NCBI GenBank assembly: GCA_014727835.1
Contig: WJMT01000129.1
Location: forward strand, 2,036-66,035
Reading direction: 5' to 3'
DNA from: Candidatus Aminicenantes bacterium
GTDB taxonomy: Bacteria; Acidobacteriota; Aminicenantia; Aminicenantales; Aminicenantaceae
Length of the DNA: 64,000 nt
Below, piece after piece: positions 1 through 9,312 of this stretch; the first letter of the stretch is position 1, and every line of letters starts with the position of its first letter. A program made the position numbers and the translations under genes. Below the pieces are notes generated by a model. That model did not search any database. It was given only the letters and a program-made list of their open reading frames with translations, and was not told the origin of the DNA.

Positions 1-660
1 GAAGATCGAGGACTGCTTGAGGTCAAACCAGGAATCAGTGAACATGTTCTTCGGATGTATTTCAAGCTCATCTTTGATTTCAAACAGCACCGTTATAGAG
101 AAGTGATCAGGCAGAGTGTTCAGGTGGAAAACCTGTTTTTTTCTTTAACTTCAGAGTATCGAGAGGAATTGGTGAGAATGCTGCAAATTGTGGGCGATTC
201 GTATCAAAGGATTGATTTTGTCTATGATGCAGGAGAGTTTTATCAGAAAGCCCTGGAGAGAGACCCTCGAAATATCTATACCTTATTGAAGATGCGTGAA
301 AATTACGTGCGTCTCAATGATGAAGATGAGATCACAGAGATCGACAGAAAGCTCTCAGACATTGTTATGCCGGAGGAAATGATATTTGATCAGATTGAAA
401 TCCAAAAAGATAAGACTTTTCAGATCCCTCTGTTGTTCACCGAAGAGTCAACACTGTCCATTGATATTGAATTTGAGCCCCAAGCCATAGATCCTTTGGT
501 GGCGGTTTTTTTTAATGGAAAAGTGGTTGACGAGCAGTATAGTGATGAAGGATGGGTATCTGATTTGGAGCTTCCAGCCAAACGCGGCAAAAACATTCTG
601 GAGCTCAAGCCCTTGAACAGTGATGTTCGAATCACAAAAATTTTGAAAAGACAGCCCTAG
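1..660 (+). CDS. 3' part of a TPR-containing hypothetical protein (5' end lies outside the window)
   Basis: Frame is open from position 1 to TAG at 658-660; TPR-like segment (AGEFYQKALERDPRN) followed by a beta-rich C-terminal domain. Confidence 0.6.
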   Translation, partial: EDRGLLEVKPGISEHVLRMYFKLIFDFKQHRYREVIRQSVQVENLFFSLTSEYREELVRMLQIVGDSYQRIDFVYDAGEFYQKALERDPRNIYTLLKMRENYVRLNDEDEITEIDRKLSDIVMPEEMIFDQIEIQKDKTFQIPLLFTEESTLSIDIEFEPQAIDPLVAVFFNGKVVDEQYSDEGWVSDLELPAKRGKNILELKPLNSDVRITKILKRQP

Positions 661-668
661 AGATTTCC

Positions 669-702
669 AATTCCTAGTAAAATAAAATTCCTAGTAAAAT
701 AA
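669..702. repeat. Perfect 17-bp tandem duplication AATTCCTAGTAAAATAA x2
   Basis: 669-685 is identical to 686-702. Confidence 0.9.
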
Positions 703-706
703 TATA

Positions 707-763
707 CAAAACTCTATTGACAAAATAGATTTTTGAGTCTATATTTAACTATACCTAAGGAGG
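707..763 (+). promoter_or_regulatory. Sigma70-type promoter with an overlapping imperfect palindrome, plus RBS
   Basis: TTGACA 717-722, 17 bp spacer, TATATT 740-745; inverted repeat CAAAACTCTATT/AATAGATTTTTG spans the -35 box; AAGGAGG precedes ATG 768. Confidence 0.65.
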
Positions 764-767
764 AAAC

Positions 768-1571
768 ATGAACAGAGGCGCCCATAAAAAATACACATCC
801 ATTGTCCTGTGTTTTGCCCTGATAGTTTTGTACCTTCCGAATTTAGCCAAGGCGGAAGAGAACAAAACAGGGAACCTCACTGGATTTGTTTTTGGTGAAG
901 ACGGGACAATTCCGGTTGAAGGAGCGGTGGTAACTTTAAGAAATGTCTCCACCGGTCAAGTCTATAAAAGTCCGGGAACCGACAACCAGGGAACGTTCAA
1001 AGTCGAACAGATGCAGACCGGTATGTACGTGATGGGAGTGACATCTGAGAGCGGGAACTTCAATGCTGATGATTTGGTTGGAGTTCGTGAAGGAAAAACA
1101 GAAAAAATTTCCATTGCATTGAAGCAGTATGAGGAAGGAAGCGAAGACACAGAAAAGGGGAAAAACGGCCAGGATCGAAAAGGCGAAGAGCTGGTTGGAA
1201 GAGTGATTGAATACGAACCCAACTCACAAATCGCGATTGTGGAGATCATTGAAGGCGTCGAGCTGAGAAAAGAAGATGAGATCCATGCTCTCAAACCTGA
1301 CGAAGAAGAGAGTGAATCAGAGACTGATTTCTATCAGATCGTCAATGTTTTGACTCTCAATGATGAGCCCATTAAAAAAGCCAAAGAAGGGCAGATCGTA
1401 GCCATCTACATGGAAGAAGATGTGCTCCCCGGCGACCTGGTTTATCTGGTGAAAAGAAAAGGGATTGTACCGATATTCCTGATCCCCATAGGAGCTGCTT
1501 TGGTGGTCGGAGCGGTCACACTCTCTGAGCCCGATGATGAGCCGGATGATGTGACCCAAATAAAGAAATAG
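768..1571 (+). CDS. Exported protein: carboxypeptidase-regulatory-like (transthyretin-like) domain + EF-Tu-domain-2/U32-C-like beta-barrel + C-terminal TM helix
   Basis: Signal peptide ending AKA; GNLTGFV..PVEGAVVTL..TDNQGTF..GMY motif; VGRVIEY..TDFYQ..AKEGQ..PGDLVY barrel; hydrophobic C-terminus with acidic tail. Confidence 0.6.
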   Translation: MNRGAHKKYTSIVLCFALIVLYLPNLAKAEENKTGNLTGFVFGEDGTIPVEGAVVTLRNVSTGQVYKSPGTDNQGTFKVEQMQTGMYVMGVTSESGNFNADDLVGVREGKTEKISIALKQYEEGSEDTEKGKNGQDRKGEELVGRVIEYEPNSQIAIVEIIEGVELRKEDEIHALKPDEEESESETDFYQIVNVLTLNDEPIKKAKEGQIVAIYMEEDVLPGDLVYLVKRKGIVPIFLIPIGAALVVGAVTLSEPDDEPDDVTQIKK

Positions 1572-1677
1572 GTATCTGATATTCCAGCATTTCATGAATT
1601 GAGTATTATCTAGCTGTATAAGTCTGCAATTTTTTATTCTTCATTAAACCATATCAATTCTTCATTCACCCCTTTTT

Positions 1678-2856
1678 ATGATGTCTGCTGAAACAAGACT
1701 TCTGGTTTTGTGTTCAAAACTGGAAACGGATTCTGAACAGGAAGCTGAAGTCCAAAACATTTTAGACCTGGACCTGGACTGGTCTGAAGTCCTGGTCCGT
1801 GCTGATGATGAGGGAGTTACACCTCTTCTGTATAAGAAAATTAGGCTTCACTCACAAAAAGTTCCTGAGGAAGTTCTCAGCAAATTGCATTTCATCTATA
1901 TCCGGAATGCGGCCCGGAACCTCTATCTGCTCACTTCTCTCAAGCCCTTATTAGAAGCGGTGGAGGAATCAGGCCTGAGAGCGGCTTTGATTAAAGGAGC
2001 CCGTTTGGTCAACACATTGTATAAAGATATCGGAGCCCGGTTTTTTATCGATGTGGACCTTCTGGTCTATCCTCCCCACAGAAAAAGCATACTCAAATTA
2101 CTCTCTGGTTTGGGATTTGTGCAGACTTTCAGCCCGCATGTTCATCACGCATTGAGTGAGCGGGAGAAGATGTTTTGGACGTTTCGGCCGGCTTACAAAA
2201 AGGGAAACCTTGAGCTGGAACTGCATTACAACTTCCCTGGTCTTCATATGCCCTTTTCCATGACAGATGACCTCTGGCAGAACACAAAGAAAATTGACAT
2301 TGAAGACTCTCCGGCACAAGTGCTTTCTCCTGAATATGAGCTGTGTCTTCTCTGTCTCCACTCTCAGCAGCACTCTTATTCTCGGCTGGATTGGTTTACT
2401 GATATAGCGGGGATGGTCAGGAGTGAGACGCTTCATTGGAGCAAGGTGTTGTCCATATGCCGGAAAGAGAGGATCCAGGCTTCTGTGTTCTATGGACTGT
2501 ATCTGGTGAATCAATTCTGGCCAAAGACGGTTCCAGAGAAAGTGCTGGACGGATTTTATGTGTCCAGACTGGAAAAAAACCTGCTCGAGTTTTTCTGGCC
2601 TCTCCATTCAGTCAAGTCCAGAGGGCAGAGGCTTGTGTTTCCCATGCATTCTCCTACTTTTTTTTCTGTCCTGTCTCGAAAAAGGGCAGATCTTTTCCTG
2701 AAAGCAGTGTATCATTTCTTTTTACCGCCCCGCTCCTGGGTGTCTTTTTATTATGGAATTTCTCCAAATTCGTATAAAATGGTGGTTCATTATTTATGGC
2801 GTTTCTGGAGGCCCGTATATCTGGTTTTCAGAAGATTGATTGAAGCAGGACCCTGA
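1678..2856 (+). CDS. Nucleotidyltransferase family protein (NTP_transf_5-like)
   Basis: LIKG..L...Y...GAR...DVDLLV and ELELH motifs; W+TDI segment. Confidence 0.8.
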   Translation: MMSAETRLLVLCSKLETDSEQEAEVQNILDLDLDWSEVLVRADDEGVTPLLYKKIRLHSQKVPEEVLSKLHFIYIRNAARNLYLLTSLKPLLEAVEESGLRAALIKGARLVNTLYKDIGARFFIDVDLLVYPPHRKSILKLLSGLGFVQTFSPHVHHALSEREKMFWTFRPAYKKGNLELELHYNFPGLHMPFSMTDDLWQNTKKIDIEDSPAQVLSPEYELCLLCLHSQQHSYSRLDWFTDIAGMVRSETLHWSKVLSICRKERIQASVFYGLYLVNQFWPKTVPEKVLDGFYVSRLEKNLLEFFWPLHSVKSRGQRLVFPMHSPTFFSVLSRKRADLFLKAVYHFFLPPRSWVSFYYGISPNSYKMVVHYLWRFWRPVYLVFRRLIEAGP

Positions 2857-2857
2857 G

Positions 2858-3637
2858 ATGAAAGCAATCCAGATAGAAAAGCTCAAAAAAGTCTATCCCG
2901 TGGTGAAAGGATACAGGGAGCTCTTATTTCATCCTTTCCGGAGAAAAGGCATCACAGCCTTAAGAGGCATTGACTTGGAAGTGGAGCCGAGCCAGTGCTT
3001 TTGTTTGATGGGACCCAACGGAGCCGGGAAGACCACTTTGATCAAGATATTATCCACCCTGGTCCTTCCGGATGAAGGAAATGTGATCATAAACGGGCAT
3101 GACCTGAAAATAAACACAGATGAGGTCAAAAAACACATTGGATTTGCACTGAGTGAAGAGAGAAGTTTCTACTGGAGGCTGACAGGACTCCAGAATCTGG
3201 ATTTTTTTGCGGCCCTCAACGGGATCCCGTTATCCCATAGAAGGGAGAAAATTCAGGAAGTTCTGAACCTGGTGGGGCTGGAGAATGCGGCTGAGAGGAG
3301 ATTCAACACCTATTCCACAGGAATGCGCCAGATGATGGCCATAGCCAGGGCTCTCCTCACAGATCCGGACATCCTTTTTGTAGATGAACCCACCAGGAGT
3401 CTGGACCCGGTGGCAGCTCAGAATATCAGGAATTTTTTAAGAAAAGATATGGTCGAAAATCACAAAAAGACCGTGTTCTGGGCCACTCATGATTTGTCCG
3501 AAGCACAGGAATTTGCCCACACCATAGCCGTCATTGCCCAAGGGCAGATCAGGGATAAAGGCTCTGTGTCTGACCTCACAGAACAAGGAAAGATTTCTCT
3601 GCAAAAAGTCTATAAGAAAGCAGTGGAGGAGAGCTGA
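2858..3637 (+). CDS. ABC exporter ATP-binding subunit
   Basis: Walker A GPNGAGKT, signature YSTGM, Walker B LFVDEPT, H-loop ATH. Confidence 0.92.
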   Translation: MKAIQIEKLKKVYPVVKGYRELLFHPFRRKGITALRGIDLEVEPSQCFCLMGPNGAGKTTLIKILSTLVLPDEGNVIINGHDLKINTDEVKKHIGFALSEERSFYWRLTGLQNLDFFAALNGIPLSHRREKIQEVLNLVGLENAAERRFNTYSTGMRQMMAIARALLTDPDILFVDEPTRSLDPVAAQNIRNFLRKDMVENHKKTVFWATHDLSEAQEFAHTIAVIAQGQIRDKGSVSDLTEQGKISLQKVYKKAVEES

Positions 3638-3641
3638 TTTG

Positions 3642-4457
3642 ATGAACACCCTCATACAAAAACTTTTTGCTTTTTTGAAGCGCGACTTTCTGGAAGAGGC
3701 CAGTTATAAATTCTCCTTTGTCACTTCGTTTGTGGGGATTTTTCTTTCTTCTGCCACATTCTTCTTTATTTCCAAACTGATCTCACCCAACAGTGATTCG
3801 GTGCTGGATCCTTATGGCGGTGATTATTTCTCCTTTGTGATCATCGGGATCGCTTTTTCAGGACTGTTGGCTATGTTTCAGGAGCGGCTTCCTGCTGTCA
3901 TCAGACAGGCTCAGATCACAGGGACCCTGGAAGCCATTCTGGTGTCCAGAACAAGCATTCCTGTGATTTTATTCGGCTCCTCCCTTTATTATTTTCTGTT
4001 CTCTGTTGTCTCCACTGTTTTTCATCTTGTTCTGGCTGTGATTGTGTTTGGGATGCAGGTGGAACAAATCAACTGGCTCGGTGCTTTGGCTACATTCTTT
4101 TTAACTGCGGTGTGTTTTCTCAGCATTGGCATCTTATCTGCTTGTTTTATACTGGTGTACAAAAAAGGAAATCCCTTTTCCTGGATTTACGGCAGTGTCT
4201 CAGGATTGTTGGGAGGGGTGTTTTTCCCCATCAAGGTGCTCCCAGGCTGGATCAAATGGATCTCCTATCTCCTTCCCATCACTTATTCTCTTGAAGGATT
4301 GAGAAAAAGCATCATCACCTCCTCCTCGTTTTCTGAGATCCTTCCCAGTATCCTTGCTTTATCTGTTTTTGCAGGGATCTTTTTCCCTCTGAGCCTTTAC
4401 ACCTTTCGTTTGGCATTGAAGAAAGCCAAAAAAGATGGTACCCTGACGCATTACTGA
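3642..4457 (+). CDS. ABC-2 type permease
   Basis: About 6 TM helices; GTLE, GVFFP..LP.W, LPITY motifs; GGAGG upstream of ATG 3642. Confidence 0.9.
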   Translation: MNTLIQKLFAFLKRDFLEEASYKFSFVTSFVGIFLSSATFFFISKLISPNSDSVLDPYGGDYFSFVIIGIAFSGLLAMFQERLPAVIRQAQITGTLEAILVSRTSIPVILFGSSLYYFLFSVVSTVFHLVLAVIVFGMQVEQINWLGALATFFLTAVCFLSIGILSACFILVYKKGNPFSWIYGSVSGLLGGVFFPIKVLPGWIKWISYLLPITYSLEGLRKSIITSSSFSEILPSILALSVFAGIFFPLSLYTFRLALKKAKKDGTLTHY

Positions 4458-4459
4458 CT

Positions 4460-5038
4460 GTGATGATGAAACAGATTCTTATCCCCATTCTTTTTTGTTT
4501 GTGGTGGGGAATTTTTGGATTGGATACGAACTGGGCTCAAAGCCCCTATTCCTTGGAGGAAGCATTGAAAGTGCTGAAGCTCATTGAAAAAGTGAATGCT
4601 GTCAAAGATAACGATTATTCAGGCCCTCTGCGTCAGGTAAAGGTCACGGAAAGCGAACTCAATTCTTATCTGGCTTTTCGGCTGGAGCATGAGGAAGATG
4701 TGATGAAAGAGCTGAAGTTGAAATTGTTTGAGGAAAATCGGATCGAGGCCAAAGTGGTGCTTCGGTTTCAAGGGAAAGGACTTCCCTCATTGCTCATGTC
4801 CCGAATGATTTTCTACTTTGATGGTGTCATCAGAGTCAAGGATGGGATGGTCCGGCTGAGGATCCGGGAACTGTACCTCAACCAGGAGCCGGTTGATCCG
4901 CTGCTGTTGGACACAGTGATTTATTTGTCCTCACAATTCCTGGGAACAGAAAACAACAGCTTAAAGGATTGGTATGAACTTCCATACGGCATCAAAGATG
5001 TGCGCATCCAAAGATCAGCCGCCATCTTCTCTTATTAA
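4460..5038 (+). CDS. Exported hypothetical protein (possible TULIP/LmeA-like lipid-binding fold)
   Basis: Signal peptide; VTESELNSYL motif and beta-rich body; fold assignment is an inference. Confidence 0.5.
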   Translation: MMMKQILIPILFCLWWGIFGLDTNWAQSPYSLEEALKVLKLIEKVNAVKDNDYSGPLRQVKVTESELNSYLAFRLEHEEDVMKELKLKLFEENRIEAKVVLRFQGKGLPSLLMSRMIFYFDGVIRVKDGMVRLRIRELYLNQEPVDPLLLDTVIYLSSQFLGTENNSLKDWYELPYGIKDVRIQRSAAIFSY

Positions 5039-5071
5039 ATACGGGGACACAATACCTATTTACCTTATTTC
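5034..5071 (+). repeat. RAYT-associated repeat copy 1 (ATTAAATACGGGGACACAATACCTATTTACCTTATTTC)
   Basis: 38 bp identical to 14190-14227; overlaps the TAA stop of 4460..5038. Confidence 0.92.
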
Positions 5072-5237
5072 ATTTCATAATATTTGAACAGAGTTTGAAC
5101 CATGATAAATTTGTACGGTCATGCATCCACATATTATGAATAAAACAGAATGGTTGATTGAAAATCATTGGATAATCGATAGATATTGAATATAATAAAA
5201 ATTGTATGGATCCCAAGCCCCTTATAATTTGGGTGTT

Positions 5238-5266
5238 GCTGAAGCGACATTAAAGATTTTGCCTTC
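5238..5266 (-). repeat. 29-bp dispersed repeat module A
   Basis: Reverse complement matches 44823-44851 with 2 mismatches and 22757-22780 partially. Confidence 0.8.
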
Positions 5267-5398
5267 TGAGGACTGTGTTTGAGGGAACTCAGCTTAGCTG
5301 AGCTTTGAGCATGTTTGACTCACGGACGGGGGGAGTTGAGCAGAATCCGAAAATACAGTGTGAGGAATAGCGTTAAAAATTCTTTAGCAAGCACAAGC

Positions 5399-5534
5399 AA
5401 TATGTATGCATATAATTTAGAGTCGTAACAGGAAATAAAGTTAAAGTTATATTTTTTGTGAACATGAAATTGTTAAGAGCTCTGATAATCATAAATTTGT
5501 ATGTTCATGCATACATATTTTATGAATAGTCCAG
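5399..5534 (+). mobile_element. Partial modular MITE-like element (IR-bounded cassette + right end TATGAATAGTCCAG)
   Basis: 13-bp IR AATATGTATGCAT 5399-5411 / ATGCATACATATT 5507-5519; end motif identical to 45092-45105; degenerate extra end at about 5105-5150. Confidence 0.65.
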
Positions 5535-5538
5535 AAAA

Positions 5539-6120
5539 ATGATAAGAATCATAAGCGGAAAATACAAAGGCAAACGTCTCAAGCTGGTAAGGAGTCCTAA
5601 AGTCAGGCCCATGCCTCACAAACTGAGAGAGACCCTTTTCAACATCATCCAGTTTGAGGTGCCTGATATTGTGATCATGGATGGATTTGCCGGAACCGGC
5701 TCTGTAGGTCTGGAGGCCTTTAGCAGAGGGGCGAAAGAGGTCTGTTTTGTGGATGACTTTTATCCTGCCATCAAAGCCATCAAAACCAATATCAGAAGAT
5801 GCCGCGCAGAGGATTCGACCCGGGTCATTCATAAGGATTTCAACCGAGCTGTGATCAAGCTGTCCAAAGAAGAAAAAAAGTTTGACCTGATTTTTCTGGA
5901 CCCTCCGTATGTCATGCTCAAAGAAAGAGATCCTCTTAAGGTGATATACAAGAGAGAGGTCTTGAGTAGGGGAGGGATCATTGTCTTGAGACGCCATTTT
6001 AAAGTCAACTTTAAATCAAAATATTTTGAAATGAGAAGGACCGAGAGAGTGGCTGAGGATGTCATTGAATTTTATGGATATGAAGAGACCCCAGATCAAG
6101 ATCAGACAGAAGAAAAATGA
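5539..6120 (+). CDS. rsmD: 16S rRNA (guanine966-N2)-methyltransferase
   Basis: IRIISGKYKGKRL..VRP..LRETLFN; DGFAGTGSVGLEA.SRGA; FDLIFLDPPY. Confidence 0.92.
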   Translation: MIRIISGKYKGKRLKLVRSPKVRPMPHKLRETLFNIIQFEVPDIVIMDGFAGTGSVGLEAFSRGAKEVCFVDDFYPAIKAIKTNIRRCRAEDSTRVIHKDFNRAVIKLSKEEKKFDLIFLDPPYVMLKERDPLKVIYKREVLSRGGIIVLRRHFKVNFKSKYFEMRRTERVAEDVIEFYGYEETPDQDQTEEK

Positions 6121-6992
6121 AAGGAATCATTAAAGACAAAAAGAAAAAAACACCCAGCCGGTCTCCTCTGTTTGAAAAAGGGGACCTGATTCAAGACACC
6201 TCCGGTGCCAAAAGGACATCTCTGCTTCTCGGAAAGTACACCATCAAAGAAGCAGGCTCTGTGCTGAGAAAAAAGAGTTTTTACAGAGAAGCCAAAAAAA
6301 GAGGGCTCTGGCCTATTGATTTTGATCTGGATTCTTCTCAGTATCCGCCTCTGCAGAGACTGCTCATCTATTACAAACACAAGGATCCTGACACTATCAT
6401 TGTGGACTTGAAAATCAGGGAAGGTATTTTTGAATCTCAGAAAGATTTTCCCACAGAGGAGCGAATTTCTAAATTTCTAGTCCTGGAATGGCTGACTTTG
6501 CAGAATCCCCGACAGGAATTTGGAGAACAGAAAACTCCTCTTCCGGGACAGAAATATCCCGGCTTGAACCTGGGGAAAAAAGTTCTGGACCTGTTTTACT
6601 ATCTGGCTCGATTGAATAAAGATAAAGGGATCATTGCTTATCCGGCCTATTTTCACAACGCTCTTCTTTTCTCCAGATATTTTGATTTCATGTGTCCTGA
6701 AAAAAAGGCGGAAGTTGAAGCGATCAAAGACACAGTTGAGAAAATCACTTTTAAAGAATTGGCCTGGATTGTTCATCTCAACTGTTTGAGAGATCATCAA
6801 GGAAATCCATACAAGTGGGAAGCTGAAGAGATGGTTTTTCCCATAGATAAGAGGTTGAAAAACTATTTCAGTTCAAAAAAATACAAGAGAGAAGTGAAAA
6901 AGGCCAAGGAAGAATTGAAATATTTTGTGGATTGGGACTGTTTTCACAAAAAATCGGACCGTATTCGCCGTTCTCAAAGCCAGAACTCATGA
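6117..6992 (+). CDS. Conserved hypothetical protein (LEWL.LQNP..LPGQ..PGL motif; possible GNAT-like fold)
   Basis: ATGA overlap with rsmD; motif recalled from C-terminal domains of some bacterial histone-deacetylase-family proteins. Confidence 0.55.
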   Translation: MKGIIKDKKKKTPSRSPLFEKGDLIQDTSGAKRTSLLLGKYTIKEAGSVLRKKSFYREAKKRGLWPIDFDLDSSQYPPLQRLLIYYKHKDPDTIIVDLKIREGIFESQKDFPTEERISKFLVLEWLTLQNPRQEFGEQKTPLPGQKYPGLNLGKKVLDLFYYLARLNKDKGIIAYPAYFHNALLFSRYFDFMCPEKKAEVEAIKDTVEKITFKELAWIVHLNCLRDHQGNPYKWEAEEMVFPIDKRLKNYFSSKKYKREVKKAKEELKYFVDWDCFHKKSDRIRRSQSQNS

Positions 6993-7086
6993 ACTTTTGA
7001 AATCGCCCTAAGAACAGACTTCAGGACCTCTGGAATTTTTGCCTCAGGTTTGTTATAATGAACGCCTGATTTAGGAGTTAAAAATT

Positions 7087-7308
7087 ATGAAGAAGAAAAT
7101 TCACCCTGAATACAAAGAATGTGTGGTGACATGTGCTTGCGGAAATAGTTTCAAAACCCGTTCCAGCAAAGACCAAATAAGGGTTGAAATTTGTTCGCAG
7201 TGCCATCCCTTTTTCACCGGGAAACAAAAATTTGTAGACAGCGCTGGAAGAGTTGAAAAATTCCAGAAAAAGTACGGAAAGATCTCCCGGGAAAAAAAGA
7301 AAAAATAA
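7087..7308 (+). CDS. rpmE: 50S ribosomal protein L31 (Zn-binding type)
   Basis: [31 protein letters not shown]. Confidence 0.97.
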   Translation: MKKKIHPEYKECVVTCACGNSFKTRSSKDQIRVEICSQCHPFFTGKQKFVDSAGRVEKFQKKYGKISREKKKK

Positions 7309-7311
7309 AAC

Positions 7312-8382
7312 ATGCTCCAAGATTTAGAATCCATACGGGAGAGGTATGACCAGCTCATATCGTCCTTGTCCGATCCTGATTTCATTTCTGATCCCCAAAA
7401 AATCAAAGAGGCATCTAAAGAAAGGGCTGAGCTGGAGCCCATTGTGAAAAAATACCAGGTTTATGAGCAGACACTTAAAGAAATCAAAGGCTCCAAAGAG
7501 ATCATTGAAAATCCGGAGGCTGAAGAGGAGCTCAAAGAGCTGGCCAGGGAAGAGCTGGATTCTTTAGAAAAAAAAGAGAAAAAACTTGAGGAGGAACTCA
7601 GAATCCTTCTTCTCCCTAAAGACCCCAACGATGAGAAAAATGTCATCCTGGAAATCAGAGCCGGAGCCGGGGGGGATGAAGCTTCTCTCTTTGCCCAGGA
7701 CTTGTTTCGTATGTATTCCCGCTATGCTGAGAAAAAGGGCTGGAAAATGGAAATCATGAGCACCAGCTCATCCACTATCAATGGATTCAAAGAGATCATA
7801 GCCAATATCAAAGGAAAACAGGTCTATTCTCAGCTCAAGTATGAAAGCGGTGTGCACAGAGTTCAGAGAGTCCCGGAGACTGAGACCAGCGGCCGGATCC
7901 ATACTTCCACTGTCACAGTTGCTGTGCTTCCAGAGGCAGATGACGTGGATGTGAAGCTGGAATCCAAAGACACCAAGATCGAAGCTTTTGGTGCCTCGGG
8001 TCCAGGAGGGCAGAATGTCAACCGAAACTATACAGCGATTCGAGTAACCCATATTCCTTCCGGTTTGGTGGTCTCCTGCCAGGATGAGAAGTCCCAGCAC
8101 CGAAACAAAGAAAAAGCGCTTAAGATATTAAGGACCCGGTTGATGGATATTGCACAGAGAGAGCAGCAGGAGAAAATCTCAAAAGATCGAAAGTCTCAAG
8201 TGGGGACCGGGGAACGGAGCGAAAAGATAAGGACCTATAATTTTCCTCAATCGCGGGTCACAGATCATAGGCTCAATATGTCGCTTCATAAACTGGAAAG
8301 CGTTCTGGACGGTGATCTGGGAGAGATCGTGAATAATTTGACTCTTTATTTTCAGACCAAGATGATGGGAGAATCCCATTAA
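7312..8382 (+). CDS. prfA: Peptide chain release factor 1
   Basis: GGQ motif; RVPETE (PxT) RF1 anticodon motif; [11 protein letters not shown]. Confidence 0.97.
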   Translation: MLQDLESIRERYDQLISSLSDPDFISDPQKIKEASKERAELEPIVKKYQVYEQTLKEIKGSKEIIENPEAEEELKELAREELDSLEKKEKKLEEELRILLLPKDPNDEKNVILEIRAGAGGDEASLFAQDLFRMYSRYAEKKGWKMEIMSTSSSTINGFKEIIANIKGKQVYSQLKYESGVHRVQRVPETETSGRIHTSTVTVAVLPEADDVDVKLESKDTKIEAFGASGPGGQNVNRNYTAIRVTHIPSGLVVSCQDEKSQHRNKEKALKILRTRLMDIAQREQQEKISKDRKSQVGTGERSEKIRTYNFPQSRVTDHRLNMSLHKLESVLDGDLGEIVNNLTLYFQTKMMGESH

Positions 8383-8391
8383 TTTCTCACG

Positions 8392-9240
8392 ATGATGACT
8401 CTGAGAGAGCTGTACAGGGAGGGGACCTCTCTTTTAACTTGGGTGGATGAGCCGGTTCTTGAAGCCCGAGTCATTCTTTTAAAAGCAGCGGATATTTCTG
8501 AAAAGACACTGTTTTTAGATCCAGACCTTACAGTGACAGATGAGGTCAAAGACACCTATTTTCAAATGCTCAAAAAGAGGCAGAATCACATGCCTCTGGC
8601 TTATATTACAGGAACCCAAGAATTCTGGTCCATGCTGTTTGCAGTGAGGAAAGGGGTCTTGATTCCCAGGCCAGAAACCGAAGGTCTTGTGGAAAAGGTG
8701 ACGGCTCTTTGTCCTCAAAAAAATCAGATCATCATAGATGTGGGAACCGGGTGCGGGAACATTGCTTTATCTGCAGCTAAGGAATGTGCGGATTCTCAAG
8801 TGGTGGGAATCGATATCTCTAAACAAGCGGTTGACTGTGCTCAGACAAATGCCTCCTATCATAAAATGGCCAACGTCTGTTTCATACAGGGGGACTTATT
8901 TGAACCTATGGATTCCGCCGGATTGATAAAAACATGCGGATTCATTGTATCCAATCCTCCTTATGTTTCTGAACAGGAATGGTTATCTCTGGATCCTCAG
9001 ATCAGAGATCACGAACCGAAACAGGCCCTTGTTAGCGGAGAGAGGGGATATGAATTCATCCGCCGGCTGGTGTGTGAAGCTCCAAATTATTTGAAACCAG
9101 GCGGGCATCTGCTTTTTGAAATCGGACAGGGACAGGAGGAGAGAGTGCGGACTTTTTTTGACGAGACATGGGCCCGCATTGAGATCCTCAATGACCTTGC
9201 AGGAATCCCTCGGATCTTTCTTGCCCAAAAAGCCAGTTGA
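8392..9240 (+). CDS. prmC: Release factor glutamine methyltransferase
   Basis: LIPRPETE, DVGTGCG, SNPPY motifs; follows prfA. Confidence 0.96.
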   Translation: MMTLRELYREGTSLLTWVDEPVLEARVILLKAADISEKTLFLDPDLTVTDEVKDTYFQMLKKRQNHMPLAYITGTQEFWSMLFAVRKGVLIPRPETEGLVEKVTALCPQKNQIIIDVGTGCGNIALSAAKECADSQVVGIDISKQAVDCAQTNASYHKMANVCFIQGDLFEPMDSAGLIKTCGFIVSNPPYVSEQEWLSLDPQIRDHEPKQALVSGERGYEFIRRLVCEAPNYLKPGGHLLFEIGQGQEERVRTFFDETWARIEILNDLAGIPRIFLAQKAS

Positions 9241-9312
9241 GCGTGGATTTGTGGGGTGAGTTGCGTTTTGGATTCAAATGATGTATAAAAAGCCGAGGAG
9301 AAGAAGAGGAGA

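Noticed and set aside
5270-5390. Possible riboswitch or sRNA with CTCAGC/GCTGAG hairpin upstream of rsmD
   Set aside because: No recognisable riboswitch consensus; embedded among repeat modules and more likely part of a decayed mosaic element
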